A DNA stretch of 64,000 nt from an uncultured Actinomycetes bacterium (GCA_963806145.1 CAWDXD010000050.1:3886-67885); one strand, 5' to 3'. Positions 53,271 to 61,350 are shown, counted from the stretch's first letter. Translations and numbers: made by a program. The notes: generated from the sequence alone by a model not told the origin.

Positions 53271-54064
53271 CAGCGTGATCCTTCGGAACCAGGGGTCATG
53301 GCCTGCAGCGCCCGCAGGGCGGAAAGCTCCGCGGCCGAGGGGGGCGCCAGCACCTGAAGGCTGCCGGAGACCGCCAGGTCCCAGCCCGTGCCGGCCCGCG
53401 CCTGCTCCGGCGTGACCCCCGGATACACGCCGGTCATGGTCAGCTCGCCGGTTGCCGGGTCCGGTTCGAGCACGCCGAGGTCGGTGATGACCTTGCGGGG
53501 GCCCGCCCCGGTCAGGCCCAGCCGCTCGCGGTCCCCCCGCCCGGTGCCGTACCCGACGGACGTCACGAAGTCCACCCGCTCCACGAAGGACCGGCGGCTC
53601 TGCCGCACGATGATGATGACCTCACGGCAGAAGGCGGCGATCTCCGGGGCTCCCCCGGCGCCGGGCAGCCGGACCTTCGGGTTCGCGTAGGTGCTGCCGA
53701 TGACCGTGGTGTTGATATTGCCGAATCTGTCCAGCTGGGCCGCGCCGAGAAAGCCGACGTCGATCCGGCCGGGCTGCAGCCAGTAGTTGAAGATCTCCGG
53801 CACGCTGACCACCGCGTCCGCCGTCTCGGCGAGCACCCCGTCGCCGATGGACAGCGGCAGCCAGCCCGGCTTGGCGCCGATCGTGCCCGACTCATAGATG
53901 AGCACCAGGTCCGGGGCGTGCGTGGCCCGGGCCAGGTTGGCCGCCGCGCTCGGCAGGCCGATCCCGACGAAGCAGGTCATGCCGTCCCGCAGGGCGCGGG
54001 CGGCACACGCCGTCATCATCTCGTCGGCGGTGAACTCCCCCGCCTGCGCAGCCGCGCGGCTCAT
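53270..54064 (-). CDS. pcaJ: 3-oxoadipate CoA-transferase subunit B
   Basis: 'GIGLPS', 'ESGTIG' and 'LGAAQLDRFGNIN' are class I CoA-transferase beta signatures. The start is taken at the ATG at 54064. Confidence 0.85.
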   Translation of the reverse strand: MSRAAAQAGEFTADEMMTACAARALRDGMTCFVGIGLPSAAANLARATHAPDLVLIYESGTIGAKPGWLPLSIGDGVLAETADAVVSVPEIFNYWLQPGRIDVGFLGAAQLDRFGNINTTVIGSTYANPKVRLPGAGGAPEIAAFCREVIIIVRQSRRSFVERVDFVTSVGYGTGRGDRERLGLTGAGPRKVITDLGVLEPDPATGELTMTGVYPGVTPEQARAGTGWDLAVSGSLQVLAPPSAAELSALRALQAMTPGSEGSR

Positions 54065-54069
54065 GCGCC

Positions 54070-54936
54070 TTATCCTTCCTCGCCCGCTGCGTCGCTGGCC
54101 AGCCCGGCCGGGTCCGGGGCACCGAAGACGTCGGTCTTCAGCCAGCTCAAGAACCGCTCCCGGTCCCTGCTGATGACATCCCAGGTCACGTAGTAGTCGT
54201 TGTCGCGCTGCGAGTAGCCCAGGGCGTAAGACGGGTGCGCACCGCCGGGAGCGTGGGCCACGTAATCGACCGTCCACGACGGCAGCACGATCGCCTGCGC
54301 CCTGGGCGCCAGCTCATCCACGATCTCCTCGACCGTCACCACCGAGCGGCGGGCCCCGAGCACCGCCTCCTTCTGCACCCCGGTGATCCCCCAGAGCTGG
54401 ATGTTCCCCGCCCGATCGGCCTGCTGGGCGTGGATGACCGCCACGTCGGGCGTGAGAGCCGCGACCGCGGTCAGCTGCTCCCCGGTGAACGGGCAGGTAA
54501 TCGCGCGGACCGCGGGCTGGCCGTCCAGGCCGGGCAGGCTCTCCAGGCCGGTCCCGCCGTACCCGCGCAGCACCGCGAACGGCAGCCCGGAGGCGCCGGC
54601 CACGTAGCGGTTCGCCATGCCCGCGTGGCTGTGTTCCTCCAGTTGCAGCGGGCCGGGCCAGCCGTTCTCCACCGCGTCACGGAACCGGTGCAGCGAGCCG
54701 ACGCCGGGATTGCCGCCCCAGGAGAAGATCAGCCTGCTCGCGCACCCGGCCCCGATAAGCTGGTCGTAGATCACGTCCGGGGTCATCCGGATCAGGGTGA
54801 GGTCGCGGCGCTGCTGCCGGATCAGCTCATGCCCCGCCGCGAACGGTATGAGGTGCGTGAACCCCTCCATGGCCACCGAGTCACCGTCGTGGATGGCGGT
54901 GGCGACTGCTTCGGCGAGTGACACGATCCGCGCCAT
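54070..54936 (-). CDS. pcaI: 3-oxoadipate CoA-transferase subunit A
   Basis: 'AIHDGDSVAMEGF' and 'SWGGNPG' are CoA-transferase alpha-subunit signatures. It is adjacent to pcaJ. Confidence 0.85.
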   Translation of the reverse strand: MARIVSLAEAVATAIHDGDSVAMEGFTHLIPFAAGHELIRQQRRDLTLIRMTPDVIYDQLIGAGCASRLIFSWGGNPGVGSLHRFRDAVENGWPGPLQLEEHSHAGMANRYVAGASGLPFAVLRGYGGTGLESLPGLDGQPAVRAITCPFTGEQLTAVAALTPDVAVIHAQQADRAGNIQLWGITGVQKEAVLGARRSVVTVEEIVDELAPRAQAIVLPSWTVDYVAHAPGGAHPSYALGYSQRDNDYYVTWDVISRDRERFLSWLKTDVFGAPDPAGLASDAAGEEG

Positions 54937-55097
54937 GCCCTTAGTGTCTCCTGACCCGGTGAAGGTCGCTCACCGCGACAATCGTCATCGTCACTGGCCG
55001 CAATCTGTACAAGCGTGCGAGATACGGACACTCTAGCCTCCGGCGCCGGCCCTCCGGTAGAGGGGTCCGGGTCACCGGGCGCCCTCCGCGGATGCCC

Positions 55098-55511
55098 TCA
55101 CCCGGGGGTGCCCTCACTCGCCTGCCCCTCCTCGGCGAGCACGCGCGCGGCAACGGCGAACGCCCGGTTGGCCGCAGGCACACCCGCATATACGGCGGTG
55201 TGCAGCAGCACCTCGGAGATCTGCTCCGGGGTGAGCCCGTTGCGCAGTGCGGCTCGCAGGTGCATCGCGAGTTCCTCGTCCTGCCGCAGCACCACGAGCG
55301 CAGTCAGCGTGACCATGCTGCGCTCCGCCCGGGACAGCCCCCCACGCGACCAGATCTCCCCCCAGGCATACCTGGTGATGAAGTCCTGAAAATCAGCCGT
55401 AACCGGCGTAATCCCCGCCACAGCCCGGTCCACGTGCGCATCCCCCAGCACCTCCCGCCGCACCCTCATCCCCCGCGCGCTTCGGCTGGTGTCGTCCATC
55501 TCGCCTCCCAC
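55098..55511 (-). CDS. pcaC: 4-carboxymuconolactone decarboxylase
   Basis: 'FQDFITRYAWGEIWSRGGLSRAERSMVTLTALV' and 'EVLLHTAVYAGVPAA' are CMD-family signatures. Confidence 0.85.
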   Translation of the reverse strand: MGGEMDDTSRSARGMRVRREVLGDAHVDRAVAGITPVTADFQDFITRYAWGEIWSRGGLSRAERSMVTLTALVVLRQDEELAMHLRAALRNGLTPEQISEVLLHTAVYAGVPAANRAFAVAARVLAEEGQASEGTPG

Positions 55512-55564
55512 GGTTCGTCGCGGGGAACACTACCGGGGCACCACCTCTCGCCTACTGAGGTGGC

Positions 55565-55620
55565 GGCCGGTGGGATGTGCCGCGGCGCGCCCACCGGCCG
55601 GCGCCCCACCGGCCGGCGCC
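55565..55620 (-). terminator. Hairpin plus 15-bp tandem duplication between the response regulator and pcaC
   Basis: The stem ggccggtggg (55565-55574) pairs with cccaccggcc (55590-55599). 'ccaccggccggcgcc' is repeated exactly at 55591-55605 and 55606-55620, which gives an alternative pairing partner. Confidence 0.4.
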
Positions 55621-55626
55621 CCCGGA

Positions 55627-56271
55627 TCAGGAGTTCAGGTAAGCAAGCACAGCCAGCACGCGGCGGTTGTCGTCCTGGTCGGCCGCCAGCCCGAGCTTGG
55701 TGAAGATGCTGGTCGTGTGCTTGCTGACCGCCTTCTCCGTAATGAACAGCCGCTGCGCGATCGCGGTGTTCGAGCGGCCCTCGGCCATCAGCTCCAGCAC
55801 CTCGCGCTCCCGCCCGGACAACCGGCTGATCGGCTCGTCACGCGAACGGCGGCCGAGCAGCTTGGCGACCACTTCGGGATCCATGACTGTGCCACCGCCG
55901 GCCACGGTGCGGATCGCGTCCACGAACTGGTCGTCGCTGAACACCCGGTCCTTGAGCAGGTAGCCGACCGCCCCCGCCTGGTCGGCGAGCAGCTCACGGG
56001 CGTACAACTGCTCGACATACTGCGACAGCAGCAGCACAGGAAGGCCCGGCACCTCGCGCCGGGCCGCGAGAGCGGCCTGCAGCCCGTCGTCGGCGAACGC
56101 CGGCGGCAGCCGGACGTCCACCACGGCGATGTCCGGCCGGTGCTCGAGCAGCGCACACAGCAGCCCCGGCGCGGAATCCACCGCTGCGGCGATCTCGAAG
56201 TCGTGCGCGGAAAGCAGCCTGGCCAGCCCGTCCCTCAGCAGGAACAGGTCTTCGGCGACAACAACGCGCAC
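55627..56271 (-). CDS. NarL/FixJ (LuxR-type) response regulator
   Basis: Receiver domain 'VVVAEDLFLLRDGL...DIAVVDVRLPP'. C-terminal HTH 'LSGREREVLELMAEGRSNTAIAQRLFITEKAVSKHTTSIFTKLG'. GTG start with a GGAGG ribosome-binding site. Confidence 0.9.
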   Translation of the reverse strand: MRVVVAEDLFLLRDGLARLLSAHDFEIAAAVDSAPGLLCALLEHRPDIAVVDVRLPPAFADDGLQAALAARREVPGLPVLLLSQYVEQLYARELLADQAGAVGYLLKDRVFSDDQFVDAIRTVAGGGTVMDPEVVAKLLGRRSRDEPISRLSGREREVLELMAEGRSNTAIAQRLFITEKAVSKHTTSIFTKLGLAADQDDNRRVLAVLAYLNS

Positions 56272-58187
56272 GGCACCTCCATGGCAATCATGGTGGGACC
56301 ACCCGGTGGGCTGCTCACGGCCATGATGCCATCGAACGTGCCGAGCCGCCGTTCTACGCCTAGCAGCCCGGTCCCCTGCTCCGGGTCCGCGCCGCCGACC
56401 CCGTCGTCGGCCACGTCGATCCGCAGCAGCCCCGACGCGTAATGGATGCGGATTCCGGCGTGGCGCGCGCCGGAATGCTTCACCGCGTTGGTCAGTGCCT
56501 CGGCGATCGCGAAATAACAGGCCGACTCGACCGGCGCGGTCAGCCGGCCGGGCAGGTCGACCTCCAGCGCGGTCGGCAGTGGCGTATCCAGCACCAGTGC
56601 CTGCACCGCGTGGCCAAGGCCGCGGTCGGCAAGTACCGGCGGGCAGATCCCGCGGATCAGGTCACGCAACTCGTTCAGGGCCCGGACCGAGGTCTCCCGC
56701 GCCTCGGCGACCAGCGCCAGCGCGGCCTGCGGGCTGGCCGGGAGCACCCGCTCCACCGCCCGCAGGTTCATGCCGAGCGCGACCAGGCGGGCCTGGGCCC
56801 CGTCGTGCAGGTCCCGCTCGATCCGCCGCAGTTCCGCGGCGGCGGCATCCACCGCGTGACCGCGGCTCTCGGTGAGCCGGGCTACCCGGCCCGCCAGATC
56901 GGCGTCGGCCCCCGAGGTGAACACCCTGCCCATGCGCGTGCCGATCGTCCGGGGCACCAGCCACGCCCCGAACGCGAGGAACGCGCTCGCCTCCGCACCG
57001 GCCACCAGCGCGCTCTGCCGCCCGTCGACGGTGACGAACCCATAGGGCACCCCCGGCCCGTTGATCCCGGCCGACAGCGACTGCCAGTGCACCGCGAGCT
57101 GGAATCCCCGCAGCGCCAGCGCCACCAGCACGAAAGGCACCAGGTCCGCGGCCGCCTTCGGCCACCAGATCGTGATGACCACCGCAGCGGCGACCGCCGC
57201 GACGGTCCACGGGCTCATTCCGAACACCGATATGCCCATCGCCGTCGCGGGCACCAGCGCGAGCCCCCAGCCGATCTCCCGTGCCCGCTGCCGCAGGTAT
57301 GGCACCAGCGGGCCCGCCCGCTGCCGCAGCCGCGCCAGCGACTGCGGCATCAGCCACAGGCCGACGGTAAGCATCAGCAGTGCCAGCGGTACCAGCAGCC
57401 AGCTTCGCATGAACCCGGCCTGGGGCTGCTGCCTGCCGAAGAGGACGGGGGAAGCCCCCGGCTTGAACGCGGCCCAGGTGCCGGGCGTGCCCAGCATGCC
57501 CGGAGCGACGGTCACGTTGTCGCGAGCCGGACTCAGGCCCGGCTTGCCGGGGCCGGCGATCCAGTTGCCGGGCCCGCCGGGCTTCCCCGCGATCCAGTTG
57601 CCGGGCCCGCCGGGCTTCCCCGCGATCCAGTTGACGGGTCCGCCGGGCTTCCCCGCGATCACGTACAGGCGCACCATCTTGGGAGACGGCGGCAGCACCT
57701 GCCAGTTCACGATGGTCTTCCGGCTGGCCGGGCCCGCGCGCCCGGCGGCACGGTATGTCACGGTCTTGCCGCCCGGGGGCTGCGCCGGGACGCTGTATGT
57801 CACGGCCTTGCCGCCTGGGGCCTGCACCCACTCGCGGTACGTCGCCGCCTTGCCGGACTGGGGCAGCACGGTGACGCGAGACGGGGGCGCCTGCACTTGG
57901 ATGCTGAACGAACGCATGGCGGTCCAGGCCACCATCCCCGGCGTGGACGCGGCCAGGACCAGGCCCCAGAGCCCGGCGCAGATCAGCGCCACCGGCAGCA
58001 GGCCGGCCGCCGCGCTGGGCCGCCGGATCGCGAGGACCGCCGCGACAGCGACGGCCGCGACCGTCCATACGGTCACCCCCAGCACCACCATGCCCACCGC
58101 GGCCACGGGCACCAGCAAGGCTCCCCTGCCCAGGCGGCGCAACAGCCGGGACGTGATCCGCCATAGCAGCAAGATAAGCATCCACAT
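56235..58187 (-). CDS. Sensor histidine kinase (HisKA_3 / NarX-LiaS-DesK type) with a large repeat-containing membrane sensor region
   Basis: H-box 'IERDLHDGAQARLVAL' and ATPase motifs 'EALTNAVKHSGA', 'DDGVGG' and 'GLLGVERRL'. The N-terminal ~400 aa are polytopic and contain tandem repeats. The ATG at 58187 is preferred over the TTG ORF start at 58238. Confidence 0.85.
   Translation of the reverse strand: MWMLILLLWRITSRLLRRLGRGALLVPVAAVGMVVLGVTVWTVAAVAVAAVLAIRRPSAAAGLLPVALICAGLWGLVLAASTPGMVAWTAMRSFSIQVQAPPSRVTVLPQSGKAATYREWVQAPGGKAVTYSVPAQPPGGKTVTYRAAGRAGPASRKTIVNWQVLPPSPKMVRLYVIAGKPGGPVNWIAGKPGGPGNWIAGKPGGPGNWIAGPGKPGLSPARDNVTVAPGMLGTPGTWAAFKPGASPVLFGRQQPQAGFMRSWLLVPLALLMLTVGLWLMPQSLARLRQRAGPLVPYLRQRAREIGWGLALVPATAMGISVFGMSPWTVAAVAAAVVITIWWPKAAADLVPFVLVALALRGFQLAVHWQSLSAGINGPGVPYGFVTVDGRQSALVAGAEASAFLAFGAWLVPRTIGTRMGRVFTSGADADLAGRVARLTESRGHAVDAAAAELRRIERDLHDGAQARLVALGMNLRAVERVLPASPQAALALVAEARETSVRALNELRDLIRGICPPVLADRGLGHAVQALVLDTPLPTALEVDLPGRLTAPVESACYFAIAEALTNAVKHSGARHAGIRIHYASGLLRIDVADDGVGGADPEQGTGLLGVERRLGTFDGIMAVSSPPGGPTMIAMEVPCALLSPKTCSC
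57556..57654. repeat. 33-bp tandem repeat x3 (two identical units, the third 31/33) inside the kinase sensor region
   Basis: The unit 'gcgatccagttgccgggcccgccgggcttcccc' occurs at 57556-57588 and 57589-57621, and the third unit (57622-57654) has 2 substitutions. It encodes 'NWIAGKPGGPG' repeats. Confidence 0.9.
57750..57870. repeat. Imperfect ~42-bp tandem repeat x3 inside the kinase sensor region
   Basis: 'gtatgtcacggtcttgccgcccgggggctg', 'gtatgtcacggccttgccgcctggggcctg' and 'ggtacgtcgccgccttgccggactggggc' recur with a 42-nt period. They encode 'GGK(A/T)VTY...' repeats. Confidence 0.75.
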
Positions 58188-58256
58188 GCTGCCATGGTGG
58201 CCCCTGCCAGGTCCGATCCGCCATGGGGTGGCACCCAATCCTGGGTAGGTCTGGAC

Positions 58257-59633
58257 CTACTTTTGCCGCCGCAAGGACCGCCGGGCATGCGCGGCCAGCG
58301 CCGTGTCGGTGAACGCCCCGGCCGAGCCGAGGTAGCCCGCCGGATCCAGAGCCGCGTCGATCTGGGCGCTGGTGATCCCCGCGCCGTCCAGCCAGCCGGC
58401 CAGTTCCGGCACGCCGAGCAGGGATTCGCGGAGCGTGCCGCCGACGGCGACGGCGTGCGCGCTGGCCCGGGCGACCAGGTCGTGGGCGGCGGCCCGGCCG
58501 AGGGCCGGGACCAGCAGCCCGGCCACCCGCTCGGCCAGCGGCAGCCCGCGGGTGGCGTCGAGGTTCGCCCGCATCCGGGCCGGGTCGACCACCAGGCCGC
58601 CGGTCAGATCCACCACCCAGGACGCGGCGGACCCGGTCACCCGGAGCACGTCAGCGAAGGGCTCCCACTCGGCGTGCCAGGCCCCGGCGGCCCGCTGATG
58701 CTCCTGCTCGGCCGCGGCGGCCAAGGTGGCGACCAGGCCGGGCACCCTGCGGGTACAGCCGAGGCTGGCGATGGCGGCCACCGGGTTCTGCTTGTGCGGC
58801 ATCGCCGACGAGCCGCCCCGGCGCTCCCCGCCCGAGCCCCCGCCTTCCCTGACCTCGGCCACCTCGGACTGGGCCAAGAGGGTCACATCCCGGGCGATCT
58901 TCGCCAGTGCCGCACCCGTGACGGCGCAGGCGGCGGCCACCTCGACGATGCGCGACCGGTCGGTGTGCCAGGGCAGCACCGGCAGGGCCAGGCCCAGCTC
59001 CCCGGCGAGCAGCCGGGCCACGGCGGGCCCGTCGGTGCCCAGCGACGCCAGCGTCCCCGCCGCGCCGCCGAACTGCACGGCCAGGCGCTGCGCCCGCACC
59101 CGCGCCACGGTCTCGCGCGCTTCGTCCAGGCCGGTCAGCCAGCCGGCCGCGACCAGGCCGAAGGTGACAGGGACGGCCTGCTGCAGCAGTGTGCGGCCGA
59201 TCATCAGGGTGTCCCGGTGCGCCGCGGCCAGCCGGGCGCAGCCGTCGGCGGCAGCGGCCAGGTCTCCCGCTATCGCCTCCAGGGCGCCCCTGGCCAGCAG
59301 CATGGCCGCGGTGTCGATGATGTCCTGGCTGGTCGCGCCGCGGTGGACGGTATCGGTGGCATCGGGCGGCACGGCCCTGCGCAGCGCGGCGACCAGGCCG
59401 GGGACCGGGTTACCGGACAGCGCCGCCTGCCTGCCGAGCGCGCCGGCGTCGAAGGCTCCCGCCGCCGCCGCGGTCACCGCCGCGCCCGTGCCGGCCGGCG
59501 CCAGCCCGGCCCGCTCCAGCGCCCGGGCCAGTGCCGCCTCGGTATCCAGCATGGCGCGCAGCCACGCCTGGCTGCCCGTCGCGGCGGCGCCCCGCGAGAA
59601 CACCCCGTCAAACAGCCCCGCGTCCTCTACCAC
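58257..59633 (-). CDS. pcaB: 3-carboxy-cis,cis-muconate cycloisomerase
   Basis: The fumarase/aspartase-superfamily motifs 'GATSQDIIDTA' and 'GSSAMPHKQNP' are present. N-terminal 'LFDGVFSRG' is typical of PcaB. Confidence 0.85.
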   Translation of the reverse strand: MVEDAGLFDGVFSRGAAATGSQAWLRAMLDTEAALARALERAGLAPAGTGAAVTAAAAGAFDAGALGRQAALSGNPVPGLVAALRRAVPPDATDTVHRGATSQDIIDTAAMLLARGALEAIAGDLAAAADGCARLAAAHRDTLMIGRTLLQQAVPVTFGLVAAGWLTGLDEARETVARVRAQRLAVQFGGAAGTLASLGTDGPAVARLLAGELGLALPVLPWHTDRSRIVEVAAACAVTGAALAKIARDVTLLAQSEVAEVREGGGSGGERRGGSSAMPHKQNPVAAIASLGCTRRVPGLVATLAAAAEQEHQRAAGAWHAEWEPFADVLRVTGSAASWVVDLTGGLVVDPARMRANLDATRGLPLAERVAGLLVPALGRAAAHDLVARASAHAVAVGGTLRESLLGVPELAGWLDGAGITSAQIDAALDPAGYLGSAGAFTDTALAAHARRSLRRQK

Positions 59634-59642
59634 GGGCCGACC

Positions 59643-60422
59643 CTAGCGCGCGGGCGCGGACGTGGCCCCGGAACTGGCCGCGCGGACCGCGAGGCCGACC
59701 AGCAGGCCCGCGAGGAAACCGAACACGTGCGCCACGTAGGCCACGGCACCCCCGCCGCCGATCCCGCCGACCGCGTAGGCCCACTGGAGCACGAACCACA
59801 GCCCGAGCACCAGCCAGGCGGGGATCTTCAGCGGGATGAAGAACAGGAACGGCACCAGGCTCCAGACCCGCGCCCGCGGGTAGAGCGCCAGGTAGGCGCC
59901 CAGCACCCCGGCGATGGCCCCGGACGCCCCGACCAGCGGCTCGACGGAGCCGGGATGCACGAACGCGAACCCGTACGCGGCCACATACCCGCAGGCCACA
60001 TAGAAGATCAGGTAAGGGATCTTGCGGAACCTGTCCTCGACGTTGTTCCCGAAGACCATCAGGAACAGCATGTTGCCGAGCAGGTGCAGCCAGCCCGCGT
60101 GCACGAACATCGCGGTGAGCACCGACAGCACCGGGTTCTTGTGATAACCGGGCCGCCCGACCACGCAGGCCGGGCCCCGGGCGGTGGTCACTTCCTGGCC
60201 GGTCACCACGACGCGCAGCGGCCGGTCGTTGACCAGTTCCCGTGGTATCGCGCCGTAGTGGTAGTCGAAGGCCTCCTGCCGGCACACCGTGACCGGCTGC
60301 GGCCCGCTGCCCGGCAGCATCCCGGGGGTGAGCAGCAGCACCACCACGTTCGCCGCGATCAGGCCGTAGGTGACCCAGGGGGTGCGGCGCAGCGGGTTGA
60401 CGTCGTGAACCGGGATCACCAT
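59643..60422 (-). CDS. Rhomboid-family intramembrane serine protease
   Basis: 'HAGWLHLLGNMLFLMVFG' and the catalytic 'GASGAIAGVLGAY'. The start is taken at the ATG at 60422. The upstream 27 codons of the ORF run into the repeat array. Confidence 0.85.
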   Translation of the reverse strand: MVIPVHDVNPLRRTPWVTYGLIAANVVVLLLTPGMLPGSGPQPVTVCRQEAFDYHYGAIPRELVNDRPLRVVVTGQEVTTARGPACVVGRPGYHKNPVLSVLTAMFVHAGWLHLLGNMLFLMVFGNNVEDRFRKIPYLIFYVACGYVAAYGFAFVHPGSVEPLVGASGAIAGVLGAYLALYPRARVWSLVPFLFFIPLKIPAWLVLGLWFVLQWAYAVGGIGGGGAVAYVAHVFGFLAGLLVGLAVRAASSGATSAPAR

Positions 60423-60458
60423 GGCCAAAGCCTGCCAGGCAAACGCGTTCCGCGCACG

Positions 60459-60724
60459 GTGCTGGCCCGGGGGGGCGATCCCCCGAACCCCCCGCTGGCT
60501 CAAGGCCCCGTTCCTTCGTCACCGGGCCTTGGCCGTGCTAGCCCGGGGGGCGACCCCCCGGAACCCCCGCTGGCCTACGGCCCGGTTCCTCCGTCACCGG
60601 GCCTGGGCCGTGCTAGCCCGGGGGGCGACCCCCCGGAACCCCCCGCTGGCCTACGGCCCGGTTCCTCCGTCACCGGGCCGGGGCCCTGCTGGCCCGGGGG
60701 GAGAGACTCCGGCTGGCCTATGCC
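60459..60724 (+). repeat. Tandem array (3 full units of 76, 75 and 76 bp plus one partial) of the double-hairpin repeat
   Basis: The units start at 60459, 60535 and 60610, with a partial unit from 60686. Units 2 and 3 differ by a 1-nt indel plus one substitution near the 3' end (tgggcc vs ggggcc). Confidence 0.9.
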
Positions 60725-60804
60725 GTGCAGCGTTGCGCGGGCACGCTGGACTCGTATGTGATGTGACTCAGATCGCGCCTACTCTTGGCGGTGCGGGAGA
60801 CGCG

Positions 60805-61350
60805 GTGAACGCCAGGGAGCGTCAGCAGTTCGAAGAGTTCATGACCAGCCGCTGGCCGGCGCTGGTGCGGCTGGCGTTCGGCCTGACCGGGGACAGGTGG
60901 CTGGCCGAGGATCTCGCCCAGACCGCCCTGGCGAGCGCCTACGCGTCCTGGTGGCGGGTGCGCCGGGCCGACGACCCGGACGCGTACGTGCGCCGGATCC
61001 TGATCAACGCCAGCAAGAGCCGGTGGCGCCGGAGCAGCGTGGCCGAGCAGTCCGCGGGACCGCCGGACGAGGTCCCGGATCCGGCGGCGGACCCGGCAGC
61101 CGCGATCGGGGAACGGTCCGCGCTGCTGATGGCACTGGCCGCGCTGCCGCCGCGGCAGCGCGCGGTGGTCGTGCTCCGTTACTGGGAGGACCTGAGCGAC
61201 GCCCAGGCGGCGGCATTGCTCGGCTGCTCGGCAAGCACCGTGCGCAGCCAAGCGGCCCGGGCGCTGGCCAAGCTGCGTGCCAGCGGGGCGCTCGCGGACC
61301 AGCTCGCCGATGACGCCGCGCCGCGCCGCCAGGGGGGAGGGCCCCGGTGA
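60805..61350 (+). CDS. ECF-type RNA polymerase sigma factor (SigE-family, actinobacterial subgroup)
   Basis: 'FEEFMTSRWPALVRLAFGLTGDRWLAEDLAQTAL' (region 2) and 'LPPRQRAVVVLRYWEDLSDAQAAALLGCSASTVRSQAARALAKLR' (region 4). The start is taken at the GTG at 60805. Confidence 0.85.
   Translation: MNARERQQFEEFMTSRWPALVRLAFGLTGDRWLAEDLAQTALASAYASWWRVRRADDPDAYVRRILINASKSRWRRSSVAEQSAGPPDEVPDPAADPAAAIGERSALLMALAALPPRQRAVVVLRYWEDLSDAQAAALLGCSASTVRSQAARALAKLRASGALADQLADDAAPRRQGGGPR

Noticed and set aside
56235-56271. The 37-nt overlap between the kinase 3' end and the response-regulator start was considered as evidence of a fusion or a frameshift.
   Set aside because: Both ORFs are complete with their full motif sets, and the regulator has its own GGAGG-GTG start. 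Short overlaps are common in two-component operons.
60459-60724. A CRISPR array was considered for the tandem 76-bp units.
   Set aside because: The units abut one another with no unique spacers. The same unit also occurs singly elsewhere and inside a gene, and no cas genes are present.
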